The notes under the pieces were generated by a model. It made no database searches and was not told where the DNA came from. It saw only the letters and a program-made list of their open reading frames with translations. A stretch of DNA of 32,746 bases from Octopus bimaculoides (Eukaryota), in the NCBI RefSeq assembly GCF_001194135.2, contig NC_068983.1:24685535-24718280 (forward strand). Direction: 5' to 3'. The position numbers and the translations under genes were made by a program. Numbering within the stretch: position 1 is the stretch's first letter; each line of letters opens with the position of its first letter. Positions 1-10,965 of this stretch are shown here, one piece after another.

Positions 1-201
1 CCTATCACACATCTCAGTAAAGTACATTTATGAGGCTAAGAGGGATACACAGAAAGAAGACGACAGGCATCTTTCTCTCTTTTAGCCTTGTTTTGTCATC
101 TTCATTTGAGCAGTCTCATTCATATGCAATATATTTCTAAATTACCCATTAGTTGGAGATCATAGTAATAGATTGTCATGAGTGCTCTCCCTTGAATTTA
201 A

Positions 202-420
202 TTCTTTCTTTTCATTACCAGCCTGGCTGGAACCGGCTCTGGTTACAAATGTCTTGTTTTCATAAGTTTTGAATAAAAAACTTCCACGAAATCTTAGTCG
301 CAATTTATGTTCCTAACACTAGCTGAATGTTAACTAAATTATTTTACAATATTCTTTGTTATATTTAAAGTCACTGAAAGAAACACAGAGCATCTCAAAA
401 TAAATACAGTAACAGAAGGG
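202..420. mobile_element. Probable piggyBac-type MITE with a decayed left end
   Basis: Right end GTAACAGAAGGG|TTAA (421-424). Left TTAA at 198-201 is followed only by a degenerate match (…TTTCATTACC). Confidence 0.45.
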
Positions 421-555
421 TTAAACATCATCAATTGGTTTCTGTTTCTTCAAATTATGACTTCTTACATGAGGTCATTAGTTTTGTGAGATAAAGACAT
501 ATTCAGTTGAGCCAATTATCCATCATACATATTGTATATACCCTAGAGGAGTAGT

Positions 556-851
556 GAAGGTGCATGGCTCAGTGGTTAAAGTGTTGGGCTGTGTGTTGTG
601 AGCAAGACACTTTATATCACATCACTCCAGTTCACTGAGCAGTAGAACTGAGTTGCGACGTCACTGGGGCTAAGCTGTATCAGTGTTTGCCTTTCCCTTG
701 GATAACATCGGTGGAATGGAGAGGGGAAGCTGGTATGCATGGGTGATTGTTGGTCTTCTATAAACAACCTTACCTGGACTTGTGCCTCGGAGGGTAACTT
801 TCTAAGTGCAATCGATGGTCATTCATGACTGAAGCGGGAGTCTTTACTCCT
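556..851 (+). mobile_element. SINE family A (tRNA-derived), internally deleted head
   Basis: TGGCTCAGTGG A-box; body shared with 1332-1690 and 16140-16480. Confidence 0.8.
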
Positions 852-859
852 TCATTCCT

Positions 860-906
<47 letters not shown>

Positions 907-1016
907 GGTAATTAATCATATATTAATTAATATCGATTAATTATCAGGAGGCCAGCACATCTAAAGAATCAAAGAGATTCAGAAATAATATCTGCAATCT
1001 CAGGGGATTAAGGTAC

Positions 1017-1161
1017 ATTTTTTAAAATAACGTTGACCACTAATGTGGACAATTATATTTCATGCTGAGAGCATTTTAGGTCTTAATAGACACAAGATGT
1101 GATCTATTTCTAGCACATTAATTGTCCACGTTAGTGGTCAACGTTATTTTTTTAAAAAAAT
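1017..1161. mobile_element. Short MITE-like foldback with about 40 bp inverted arms
   Basis: TTTAAAATAACGTTGACCACTAATGTGGACAATTA (to 1055) pairs with TAATTGTCCACGTTAGTGGTCAACGTTATTTT (from 1119). Confidence 0.8.
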
Positions 1162-1300
1162 ATTTATATATATATATATATATACATAATACTGTACACT
1201 TCAATTAATATACCCACTCTATTGACAAAGATGCTAGCGCATTTTTTCCTGACTTATAGATTCTTAGACAGCTGTATGGATGTATGTATGTATGTATATG

Positions 1301-1331
<31 letters not shown>

Positions 1332-1332
<1 letters not shown>

Positions 1333-1690
1333 AAGGCACAAGGCTCAGTGGTTAGAACATCAGAGCATCGAGCTTACAAACATGAGGCAATGAGTTTGAT
1401 TCCTGGACTGGACTGTGTGTTGTGTTCTTGAGCAAGACACTTTATTTCACGTTGCTCCTGTTCACTCAGCTGTAGAAGTGAGTTGCAATTTCACTTCTCC
1501 CAAGCTGTATCAGCCTTCGCCTTTTTCTTGGATAACACTGGTAGTGTGAAGAGGGGATGCTGGTATGCATGGGCGACTGCTGGCCTTCCATAAACAATCT
1601 TGCCTAGATATGTGCCTTGGAGGGGAACTTTCTAAGTGCAATCCCACGATCATTCATGACTGATTCGGGTCTTTACTCTTTTTACTCTAG
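1332..1690 (+). mobile_element. SINE family A
   Basis: GGCTCAGTGGTTAG...GAGTTTGATTCC head; body TTGAGCAAGACACTTTATTTCAC...GGTCATTCATGACTGA-like. Confidence 0.85.
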
Positions 1691-1859
1691 AGGAGTAAAT
1701 GGTAAAATTGATTTGGGCAAAATTTGAACTGTTACTGTTGAGAGATGAAACTAAAACCTCGAAAATTATTCAGGTCATCCACAGTATTGCCTTTATGGCT
1801 AATCTTTCATCGGTTATCTTTTGCTTGTTTCAGTATTGGAATGTGGCCATGCTGGGGCA

Positions 1860-2040
1860 TTACTTAAAAGGGTTTACTTGAACAAATTGACCCCAGGATT
1901 CATTTCCTTTTTAAAACTTGATACTAATTCTGTCAAACACTTTTAACAAACTGCTAAGTTACAAAGATGCAAACAAGTCAGCACTAGCTGTCAAGTGGTA
2001 GTGAAGACAAATGCATTCACACACACACACACACACAGAC
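1860..2040 (-). mobile_element. SINE family B 3' half, decayed
   Basis: Reverse complement of the 2270-2420-type segment. Confidence 0.6.
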
Positions 2041-2090
2041 ACAAATATGCATACACACATACATATACATACATACATACATACATACAT

Positions 2091-2209
2091 ACATGGTGCT
2101 GGGTACAGTCCTACCATGTGGCACCTTGGGCAAGTATCTTCTACTTTAGCCTCAGGCTGACCAAAGCCTTTGTGAGTGGATTTGGTGGATGGAAACTGAA
2201 AAAAGCCTG

Positions 2210-2248
<39 letters not shown>

Positions 2249-2477
2249 GCATATTTATGTGTGTGTGGGTCTGTTTGTTCCCACCATCATCACTTGACAA
2301 CTGATGCTGGTGTGTTTATGTCCCTGTAACTTAGCAATTTGACAAAAGAGACTGATAGAATAAGTACTAGCCTTACACAGAATAAATCCTTGGGTTTATT
2401 TCTTTGACTAAAACCCTTCTAGGTGGTGCTCCAGCATTGCTGCAGTCAAATGACTTAAAAGTATAAAAGAATAAAAG
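2091..2477 (+). mobile_element. SINE family B, 5' decayed
   Basis: GTGGCACCTTGGGCAAG...GAAACTGAAA...CAGTCAAATGAC. Confidence 0.85.
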
Positions 2478-2494
2478 TGTCCATGATAGGCCTC

Positions 2495-2612
2495 CCCAGT
2501 TTCAATCTGCCAAATTTCTTCACAAGGTGTTGGTTAGCCAGGGCCTATTGTAAAAGACACTTGCCCAAGGTGCTGCACAGTGGGACTGAACCTGAAGCTA
2601 TGTAGTTGCAAA
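2495..2612 (-). mobile_element. SINE family B 5' half
   Basis: AAGACACTTGCCCAAGGTGC...GGGACTGAACC. Confidence 0.75.
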
Positions 2613-3118
2613 AGGGAAAGAAAAGGGATTTTGTAGTTCTCATGTCATTTTTGTAACATCCTTTACAATATAAATATATGTCAGTACCAACAGAGAATAA
2701 AAAAAAACCCTCATGTATTTTAGTTCTCAAAGCATTTACCATTGTGCAAATAATGCATGTGCTGGTGATTTCTTAATGGTAATAGTCATGATGAGATTTG
2801 AATGCCACTTCCCATTCGTGGGCAACTTGACCCTATCGTATAGTAATGTGTGGTCAGTGTGTAAATGGTCAAGCAAGACCTAAAATAAGCCATTATTGTG
2901 GTCGTCATCTGGTTGTGCAATTTGCAACTTTACCATGCCAGTGGGTTTTTAATCACACTGGTCTTTTGCTAGCTGAGATATTTCGTCAGTGCATGCCAAG
3001 ACTGCAGATGATAGTAGTTTGCTTGCTGAACTGATTAATCCTAGCTGCTGACAGTTTATTATCTTCTCATTCGCTCAGCATCTGGTGATGTTTGTCATTG
3101 ACCCACTAAAATTCATTT

Positions 3119-3471
3119 CTTTTCTACTCTAGGCACAAGGTGCGAAATTTTTGGGGTGGAAGGGGCCAGTCGATTAGATCGACCCCAGTACACAACTGGT
3201 ACTTAATTTATTGACCCCGAAGGGATGAAAGGCAAAGTCGACCTCGGCGGAATTTGAACTCAGAACATAAAGACAGACGAAATACCACTAAGCATTATCG
3301 GCCGGTGTGCTAACGTTTCTGCCAGCTCGCTGCCTTTTTTTTGTTTTTTTAACGTTTACAGCGCCTAGGTTTCCCAAGAGGTCACCCATCTAAGTACTAA
3401 CTAGGCTCAATGTTACTTAACTTCGGTGATCAGACGAGAACCGGTGTTTTCAAAGTGATATGGCCATAAAC
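3119..3471 (-). mobile_element. Composite retroposon: 5S + A-rich linker + family C SINE, inserted as one unit
   Basis: Identical direct repeats ACTAAAATTCATTT at 3105-3118 and 3470-3483 flank the composite (the first 2 nt of the right copy overlap the 5S 5' end). Linker about 3335-3353; SINE part 3119-3334. Confidence 0.8.
3354..3471 (-). rRNA. Full-length 5S rRNA-like copy, most likely a retroposed pseudogene or SINE head
   Basis: Reverse complement reads GTTTATGGCCATATCACTTTGAAAACACCGGTTCTCGTCTGATCACCGAAGTTAAGTAACATTGAGCCTAGTTAGTACTTAGATGGGTGACCTCTTGGGAAACCTAGGCGCTGTAAAC. It is 118 nt, has the terminal helix GTTTATGGC/GCTGTAAAC, and has box A-like (AGTTAAG) and box C-like (GATGGGTGACC) motifs. 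It is followed by an A-rich tract rather than an oligo-T terminator. Confidence 0.9.
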
Positions 3472-3723
3472 TAAAATTCATTTGCTAAAATAGTTCATAT
3501 TCACCGTGTTGCGTCCCATGATTTCAATGAAACCCATCTCAGGTTGTTACATGCTATTTAGCCCATAACTGGGACCCTAACAGATGCTACTACTCTGAGT
3601 CAAAGTAGACATGGGAACAATAATGGCTAAAAGGTGGTTCTACACACCTCAAAACCCTAGAATTCCTCAACCAGAGCCCTATTAATGGATGCAGTGTAAA
3701 GTTATACCTGCATATACATTAGT

Positions 3724-3980
3724 GGAGGCATGTGGTTTAGTGGCTAGGGTGTTGGACTCATGATCGTAAGATTGTGGTTTCGATTCCTGGACTAGGTGAC
3801 GCGTTGTGTTCTTGAGCAAAACACTTCATTTCACATTGCTTCAGTTCACTCAGCTGGCAAAAAATGAGTAACCCTGCGATGGACCAGTGTCCCATCCAGG
3901 TGGGGAATATATAGACCACGAAACTGGGAAACCAGCTCTTATGAATCGGTGACACTCAAGAAGGAAATTTTACCTTTACT
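3724..3980 (+). mobile_element. SINE family A variant (same head, different 3' body)
   Basis: TGGTTTAGTGGCTAG...GTTTCGATTCC head and CAGTTCACTCAGCTG core. Confidence 0.8.
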
Positions 3981-4239
3981 TGACATTATACATTGTGTTA
4001 AAATTCTTCATCTTTTAGTTGAAAAATATTCACTTTAACTCCGTTACTAAAAATAAAAATAAAAAAAGGTTTGAATTTGGGAAAAGCACTACTTCACAAC
4101 ATCCATATTTTCTCAATACTGTGGCCTTTGAATTTAGTCTCAAAGAAATTAGGATATTGGCATTTGTAAAATGTGGAAAATTCTTGAAACGTTTTATGAT
4201 TTAACATTTTCCTGTTTATTATTTTTTCCCATCTATGTA

Positions 4240-4615
4240 TATTTGGATTTGGGTTCTGTCGCAATGTGTGTGTCCTCTTGGGAAAGTGTCTTCTACTATA
4301 ATGTTCTTGTTGACCAAAGTTTTGTGAATGGATTTGAGAGACAGAAACTGAAAGAAACCTGTAATTGTGTGTGTGTGTGTGTGTGTGTTAGTGACTCCTT
4401 GCTTTGACATCATGTGATAGTTGTAAATGAATGCCACCATCATGCAAGTGGAGTTATTTGTTTCCAATCTTCTGAGACATACCTAGTCATGGCGAAATAT
4501 TACCCTACTTGGAAACATGTTGATGTTGGCAACAGGAAAGGCATCCAGTTGTAGATAGTCTGTCTCAACAAATTGTGTATCAAAAAGTGGACATTAAATG
4601 ATCGTAATGATATAT
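4240..4615 (+). mobile_element. Chimeric SINE: family B head/core plus family D-type 3' end
   Basis: AAGTGTCTTCTACTATA...GAAACTGAAAGAAAC(GT)n, then GTTGGCAACAGGAAAGGCATCCAG...GTGGACATTAAATGAT. Confidence 0.6.
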
Positions 4616-4972
4616 ATTTATTAATTTTCAAATTATTAAATTAATTTTTGCCTGGTTGGTGTTTTTCTTTTGATAGTCTATGTTCTCACAAATCAGATTT
4701 TCCAGTTCATAGAACCTTCTTATAGTGGAATATAAGGAAGGGAATGCTATCTTTCTTTAAATTAGAAATACTTCTTTGGATTAGTCATAATGAAACCAGT
4801 TTTTGTGATTATAACTTTACATTTAAATTTCTAGAAACGTCTCATAGATTCAACAATTTTTTTTTTGTTCAGTTGTAACTCATGTAAAGAGATGACATAT
4901 AAGTGCAAGATTGACAGTTGGTAGTTAAAAACAAAATTGCCAGCACAGTGTGGTTATACATATATGTGTATA

Positions 4973-5019
<47 letters not shown>

Positions 5020-5029
5020 NNNNNNNNNN

Positions 5030-5182
5030 TCTTACAAACTGAAAAGGGAGCTTGACAAAATTAACTAAATTAGCATAGAATAATGGTCTCATATTTTTTT
5101 TTATAATTAAGATCTAAACTGTTAATATATGAATGTGAAAGAGATAATTGAATAACTGTAAACCTACTTCTGGGCCACCCTG
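5030..5182. mobile_element. One end of a Tc1/mariner-type element; the other end is probably in the gap or microsatellite
   Basis: Ends GGGCCACCCTG|TA(TA)n, a CAGGGTG-type terminus. Confidence 0.45.
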
Positions 5183-5288
5183 TATATATATATATATATA
5201 TATATACACACAGACCTGTTTAGTGTTAACTATCAGTAAAAGAGTACCTTAGTAGAGGATGATATATTTTATTTTGGTTGAGTTTGCT

Positions 5289-5475
5289 TCTTGCTACTCT
5301 GAGTTTCACCTGTAGATGCACAGGACTTTTAAGCAAGTTGTAACTGAAGATTGATGAGTTTGTACATCTTTATATAGTTTTCTTGTCAAAAGGTGTGATG
5401 TGCATCCCATCAATCTTCAGTCGTAACTTACCTGAAGGTCTTGTGCTCCCTCAAGGGATACTCAGAGTAGCAAGA
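5289..5475. repeat. Imperfect foldback with about 80 bp arms and a 28 nt loop (MITE-like)
   Basis: TCTTGCTACTCTGAGT (5289-5304) vs ACTCAGAGTAGCAAGA (5460-5475), and ACTGAAGATTGATG vs CATCAATCTTCAGT. Weaker pairing extends to about 5268/5492. Confidence 0.8.
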
Positions 5476-5490
5476 GACTATCTTCACCAA

Positions 5491-5523
<33 letters not shown>

Positions 5524-6299
5524 GTATAATCATCATTTAACATCCATGTTCCATGCTGGCTTGTGTTATATGATGATGATGTTGATATGATACGTACGTC
5601 TTCCATGCATGGGTAGGACGGTTAACAGGAGCCAGCCAGGTAGAAGACTACTTCAGGCTATATATAGTTCACAGATGAAATCCAGAGCTTCCCAGTGTAG
5701 AAGACAGTTAGTAGTGCCAAAAAGATTCAAACTTAAAAGTTACCTCTCTCTCTCTGAATATATATANNNNNNNNNNNNNNNNNNNNNNNNNNNNNNNNNN
5801 NNNNNNNNNNNNNNNNNNNNNNNNNNNNNNNNNNNNNNNNNNNNNNNNNNNNNNNNNNNNNNNNNNNNNNNNNNNNNNNNNNNNNNNNNNNNNNNNNNNN
5901 NNNNNNNNNNNNNNNNNNNNNNNNNNNNNNNNNNNNNNNNNNNNNNNNNNNNNNNNNNNNNNNNNNNNNNNNNNNATATATATATATATATATACACACA
6001 CACTCCTATGTCCTAGTTTTACACTAACAGACAGAAAATTAGTTGTATTGATCTTTGAGGGATTCTGCTCTAGCTGACAATAGAAACGAAACAAGACGAC
6101 ATTTCACACTTGCTGTCTTTTTGTTTTGACTACACAGCCTATGCTTTTATTGATGAATGAGGGAGTGAATCTAATTGAATTCTTCTTCTTGGTGCTAGTG
6201 TTTTTTTGATATTTGAACTCTCTACTGATTCCTAGTTGTTCTTCTCCTTGATTATATAAAAAGTTGCTTCACCAGATAAGAAACTGCTTGTACATCTAA

Positions 6300-8345
6300 T
6301 CTTTGCTACAGGTTTTGTGTAATAACATTTGGTGTCCGCTGGAATCTGAATGTATATAGATAGGTCAATTGTTAGATTTTATATAAGTTTTGTTGGAATC
6401 TTGTTTACCTAATGACCATCAGACTACAGACGAGTTGAGCCTTATCAAAGGAACTTCTCCAGCTCAACAAATACTAAATTTAGTGATTTGCTCTTAGCTA
6501 AGAACTTGTCTCTGTAGAAATAGGACATCATTGGTGCCCCACATGGCACAAACCTGAACTGCTACTCATCTAAGCTAATTCTGTTCCTAACTTGTTATGC
6601 TATAACTGTTTATGTTATTCTTGTAACCTTGGTCAGTTTGATAACTCTGAGTTTCTTCTTCACAAATCATCTTCTTTAGCCTTTGTAGTAGTTGGTGATG
6701 ACATTGCTACACCAGTTATTAGGTATATATATATCTGGTTCACTATGCCAGTGACTAGAACATGACATACTGTGCTATTTATTTTCAGTTTCTCAGTGAG
6801 TATCTTTGATAGTCCAATTCCTTTTCTTGATTTCACATCCTTAATTGTGCTTTTTGACTATAAAGCTGTCAACCTTAATAGCTGGTTCCTTTGTTAGATT
6901 TACTTGGAGTAGTCTTTACTCTAGAACATTCATAACATTCAGCGACCTTCTGCAGTAGCAATTTTAAGCCTATTTCATGGTGTTAGTGAGAATAAGTGCA
7001 CTGCTATCATTCTAAATAAACTTTTCCCAATGACGATGATTAACACTAGAACACTGATTTGCAGTCCGGAACACCTAACGCCTATGATCCTCTCATCATT
7101 GGATATTTTTAAACTTTAAACTCTCGGCTTCTCATTGTACTTTGTATATTTGCCATTTTGCTTCTCTCTTAGCTGCCTGATATTATTGTCAGATTCTCTT
7201 TTTCTTCCAGTCTTTCCAGGCCAGTCTCTTAGCTTTTATGGCTCTGTCTACTCTGACGTTCCAAAATGATGTTGCCTTCTGTCTAGTTAGTACCATGCTT
7301 CAACCACAGATATAGCCTGCTGTGGTTCACAGCACTTTGTTTCATAGAAATTCCTAATTGTTCTAGGAGTGGCTGTGTGGTAAGTAGCTTGCTTACCAGC
7401 CACATGGTTCCAGGTTCAGTCCCAACTGCGTGGCACCTTGGGCAAGTGTCTTCTACTATAGCATCGGGCCGACCTTGTGAGTGGATTTGGTAGATGGAAA
7501 CTGAAAGAAGCCTGTCGTATATATTTATATATATATGTATGTGTGTGTATATGTTTGTGTGTCTGTGTTTGTCCCCCCAACATCGCTTGACAACCGATGG
7601 TGGTGTGTTTATGTCCCCGTAACTTAGCGGTTCGGCAAAAGTGACCGATAGAATAAGTACTAGGCTTCCAAAGAATAAGTCCTGGGGTCGATTTGCTCGA
7701 CTAAAGGCAGTGCTCCAGCATGGCCGCAGTCAAATGACTGAAACAAGTAAAAGAGTGTATTATGAATCTCTGATGATCTTTTCCTTCTCAATATATGTAT
7801 CACTTTGAGCTTATCTAGTCCTGTGTCTAGCAGTGACATCGATCAGTTCCCATACCTTCCTTCTTCAAGTTGTCTTGTCTCTCTAGATCCATTTAGCTCT
7901 TACTCTCAAGTCATTAATCACTAGTTTTTGCTTCAGTGATACATTCTTCATTATGGAATAACTTGGTATTCACAACCTTCTGTTCATTCTGTTTCCTGGT
8001 GAGTATGAAGTCTATCTTTCTCATATATTTACCTGATTTGCCTAATTAGTTGGCATCCAGGTTTGCTGGTCCATTTCTTAAAGTTAGTGTTATGTATGGT
8101 TAGGCCAGTTTGCATCACAAAATTCTAACCTTGAAACTTCCTTGTTCCATGTACCATATCAATAGTTTCCATATACGTCAGATTAGCTAGTATAATAATG
8201 TCCAAAAATGGTCATTGACATTTCTAGCAATGATATTAAAGTTGCTGTCATTTGCTATTCCCAGACATACCATCAGAATCTTTGAATCCAGTGGTGACAT
8301 CAGAGTCACTCCATCCTATGGACTTATGAACAAGATTACCTTCTT
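6300..8345 (-). mobile_element. Highly decayed RTE-type LINE fragment (APE endonuclease to start of RT), interrupted by a SINE at 7365-7757
   Basis: Minus-strand broken translation: GYGTWNKE..LEFCDAN, IDFILTRK, EECIT..KLVIND (endonuclease end); DRAIKAKRLAWKDWK; PNNWCSNVITNYYKG; DE*QFRFVP; LVFVELEK..FDK (RT start). Many stops and frameshifts. Confidence 0.8.
7365..7757 (+). mobile_element. SINE family B, near full length, nested in the RTE LINE
   Basis: AGGAGTGGCTGTGTGGTAAG...GGTTCAGTCCC head, central (TA)/(TG) tract, 3' end CAGTCAAATGACTGAAACAAGTAAAAGAG. Confidence 0.9.
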
Positions 8346-8767
8346 ACATGTTTATGTGTTCACCTATATATATATATATATATATNNNNNNNNNNNNNNN
8401 NNNNNNNNNNNNNNNNNNNNNNNNNNNNNNNNNNNNNNNNNNNNNNNNNNNNNNNNNNNNNNNNNNNNNNNNNNNNNNNNNNNNNNNNNNNNNNNNNNNN
8501 NNNNNNNNNNNNNNNNNNNNNNNNNNNNNNNNNNNNNNNNNNNNNNNNNNNNNNNNNNNNNNNNNNNNNNNNNNNNNNNNNNNNNNNNNNNNNNNNNNNN
8601 NNNNNNNNNNNNNNNNNNNNNNNNNNNNNNNNNNNNNNNNNNNNNNNNNNNNNNNNNNNNNNNNNNNNNNNNNNNNNNNNNNNNNNNNNNNNNNNNNNNN
8701 NNNNNNNNNNNNNNNNNNNNNNNNNNNNNNNNNNNNNNNNNNNNNNNNNNNNNNNNNNNNNNNNNNN

Positions 8768-9062
8768 TTGAAACCGTGACCTGTTCACTGACAAAATTCT
8801 GTGCTGCATCTCTAGATGCAAGATATTTGCTTGCAAAAGATCTATCACATACACATCTCAGAGATGCAGCATGGTATTTTGTCAGTGAACAGGTCGCAGT
8901 CTCAAAGCGCCGAAAATATTTTGACAAATTAAATTTAAATGTTGAAGTGAATCTAATGGTTTTTGTGTGTTATTTTAAATGGCTTATAAACACCTTCCAT
9001 GCTGCAATTGTTTCATTCCAGCACACAATCTCAGATCAGGTCACTTGCTATGCAAGTACATC
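8768..9062. mobile_element. Palindromic (foldback) element; most of the left arm is probably in the N gap
   Basis: 8768-8820 pairs with 8854-8905 (GACCTGTTCACTGACAAAA / TTTTGTCAGTGAACAGGTC). The remaining sequence runs to the (TA)n at 9066. Confidence 0.7.
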
Positions 9063-9063
9063 T

Positions 9064-9103
<40 letters not shown>

Positions 9104-9717
9104 AACATCTTGCATGGATGCTTGTATGGAATTTGTTGAGAAGTACTGTCAAAAAGTTGAATAAATAAATAGATAAGAAAAGTTTTTAGTACATAGCATA
9201 CAATTTATCTCATCATCTCATATAAATCTACATGTAATATTTCAGTAAATAAATGCCTTTTTCAAGTTTGGAAAACTAACCACTAACAGAAAAAAATAGA
9301 TATATAAAGTAAACAAAATAGACATATAAATAAATAAAATGTACTGGAACCTCAGCTTAATTGTTCATTGATTTTTCTGATAGTCACCCTGCCACTAGCA
9401 ATGTCTGTTAGTCTGTCAAGCCATTTTCTAAATGTGAGCCATGAGTAATAACATAATCAAAACAAGCATTTCACTTGAACTTAAAATTATTGTAAATATC
9501 ATCTCTGTTGTTGTTGTTTGTGAGAGAATACCATTAGAGATTCCTTGTTGCTCTGATTTATGTATGTTTATGTGTGTGGTGCATGTATGTCCATATGCAT
9601 GCATGTATGCGGGCACAGTATAGCCAAATGGTTAAGAAGTTCACACCACCGTGATGAGGTCCTAGGTTTGATACCATTGTGTGTCTTCTTGGACAAGTAT
9701 CATTTTTCTATTGCATA

Positions 9718-9908
9718 GCATCAACTCATTCCATAGGGTAAGTCGATTGCATCGACCCCAATGCGTAACTGGTACTTATTTAATCTACCCCAAAAGGATG
9801 AAAGGCAAAGTCGACGACGGCGATATTTGAACTCTGAACGTAACGGCAGACGAAATACCACTAAGCATTTCACCCAGCGTGCTAACAATTCTGCCAGTTC
9901 ACCGCCCT
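9718..9908 (-). mobile_element. SINE family C
   Basis: Reverse complement of GGCGGTGAACTGGCAGAATTGTTAGCAC...GAGTTCAAAT. Confidence 0.85.
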
Positions 9909-10601
9909 TACCCAATATCATGTATTTGATATTTGGTACACAAAAATTGTAGAAGCCAGGCAGGTAGCTGGTATCTGTAATTCAAGGCTCCAACCTTGTC
10001 ACACTGTGTTAGGTTGATGCTGCCTGAGAGTTATGTTAAGGGCATAGATATCTATAGCATCCTCAGTGACAAACACACTAATGCAATGTGCTTGATAGTT
10101 CATTTGATCAAAGAACTGAAAATTCATGGTTGGANNNNNNNNNNNNNNNNNNNNNNNNNNNNNNNNNNNNNNNNNNNNNNNNNNNNNNNNNNNNNNNNNN
10201 NNNNNNNNNNNNNNNNNNNNNNNNNNNNNNNNNNNNNNNNNNNNNNNNNNNNNNNNNNNNNNNNNNNNNNNNNNNNNNNNNNNNNNNNNNNNNNNNNNNN
10301 NNNNNNNNNNNNNNNNNNNNNNNNNNNNNNNNNNNNNNNNNNNNNNNNNNNNNNNNNNNNNNNNNNNNNNNNNNNNNNNNNNNNNNNNNNNNNNNNNNNN
10401 NNNNNNNNNNNNNNNNNNNNNNNNNNNNNNNNNNNNNNNNNNNNNNNNNNNNNNNNNNNNNNNNNNNNNNNNNNNNNNNNNNNNNNNNNNNNNNNNNNNN
10501 NNNNNNNNNNNNNNNNNNNNNNNNNNNNNNNNNNNNNNNNNNNNNNNNNNNNNNNNNNNNNNNNNNNNNNNNNNNNNNNNNNNNNNNNNNNNNNNNNNNN
10601 N

Positions 10602-10965
10602 TCATCATCATCATCATCGTCGTTTAATGTCCGCTTTCCATGCTAGCATAGGTTGGACGATTTGACTGAGGACTGGTGAAACCAGATGGCTACACCAGGT
10701 TTCAATCTGATTTGGCAGAGTTTCTACAGCTGGATGCCCTTCCTAACGCCAACCACTCAGAGAGTGTAGTGGGTGCTTTTACGTGCCACTGGCACGAAGG
10801 CCAGTCAGGCGGTACTGGCAATGGCCACTCTCAAAATGGTGTATTTTATGTGCCACCCACACAAGAGCCAGTCCAGGGGCACTGGCAAAGATCTCGCTCG
10901 AAAATCCTTACACATGCCACGGGCACAAGTGCCAGAAAGGCGACGCTGGTCACAGGTGCCATCAC
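10602..10965 (-). mobile_element. Retroposon family D with a (GAT)n tail (resembles RTE-type 3' ends)
   Basis: (CAT)n CGTTTAATGTCCGCTTTCCATGCTAGCA...GGATGCCCTTCCTAACGCCAACC; colinear with 23575-23888. Confidence 0.85.
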
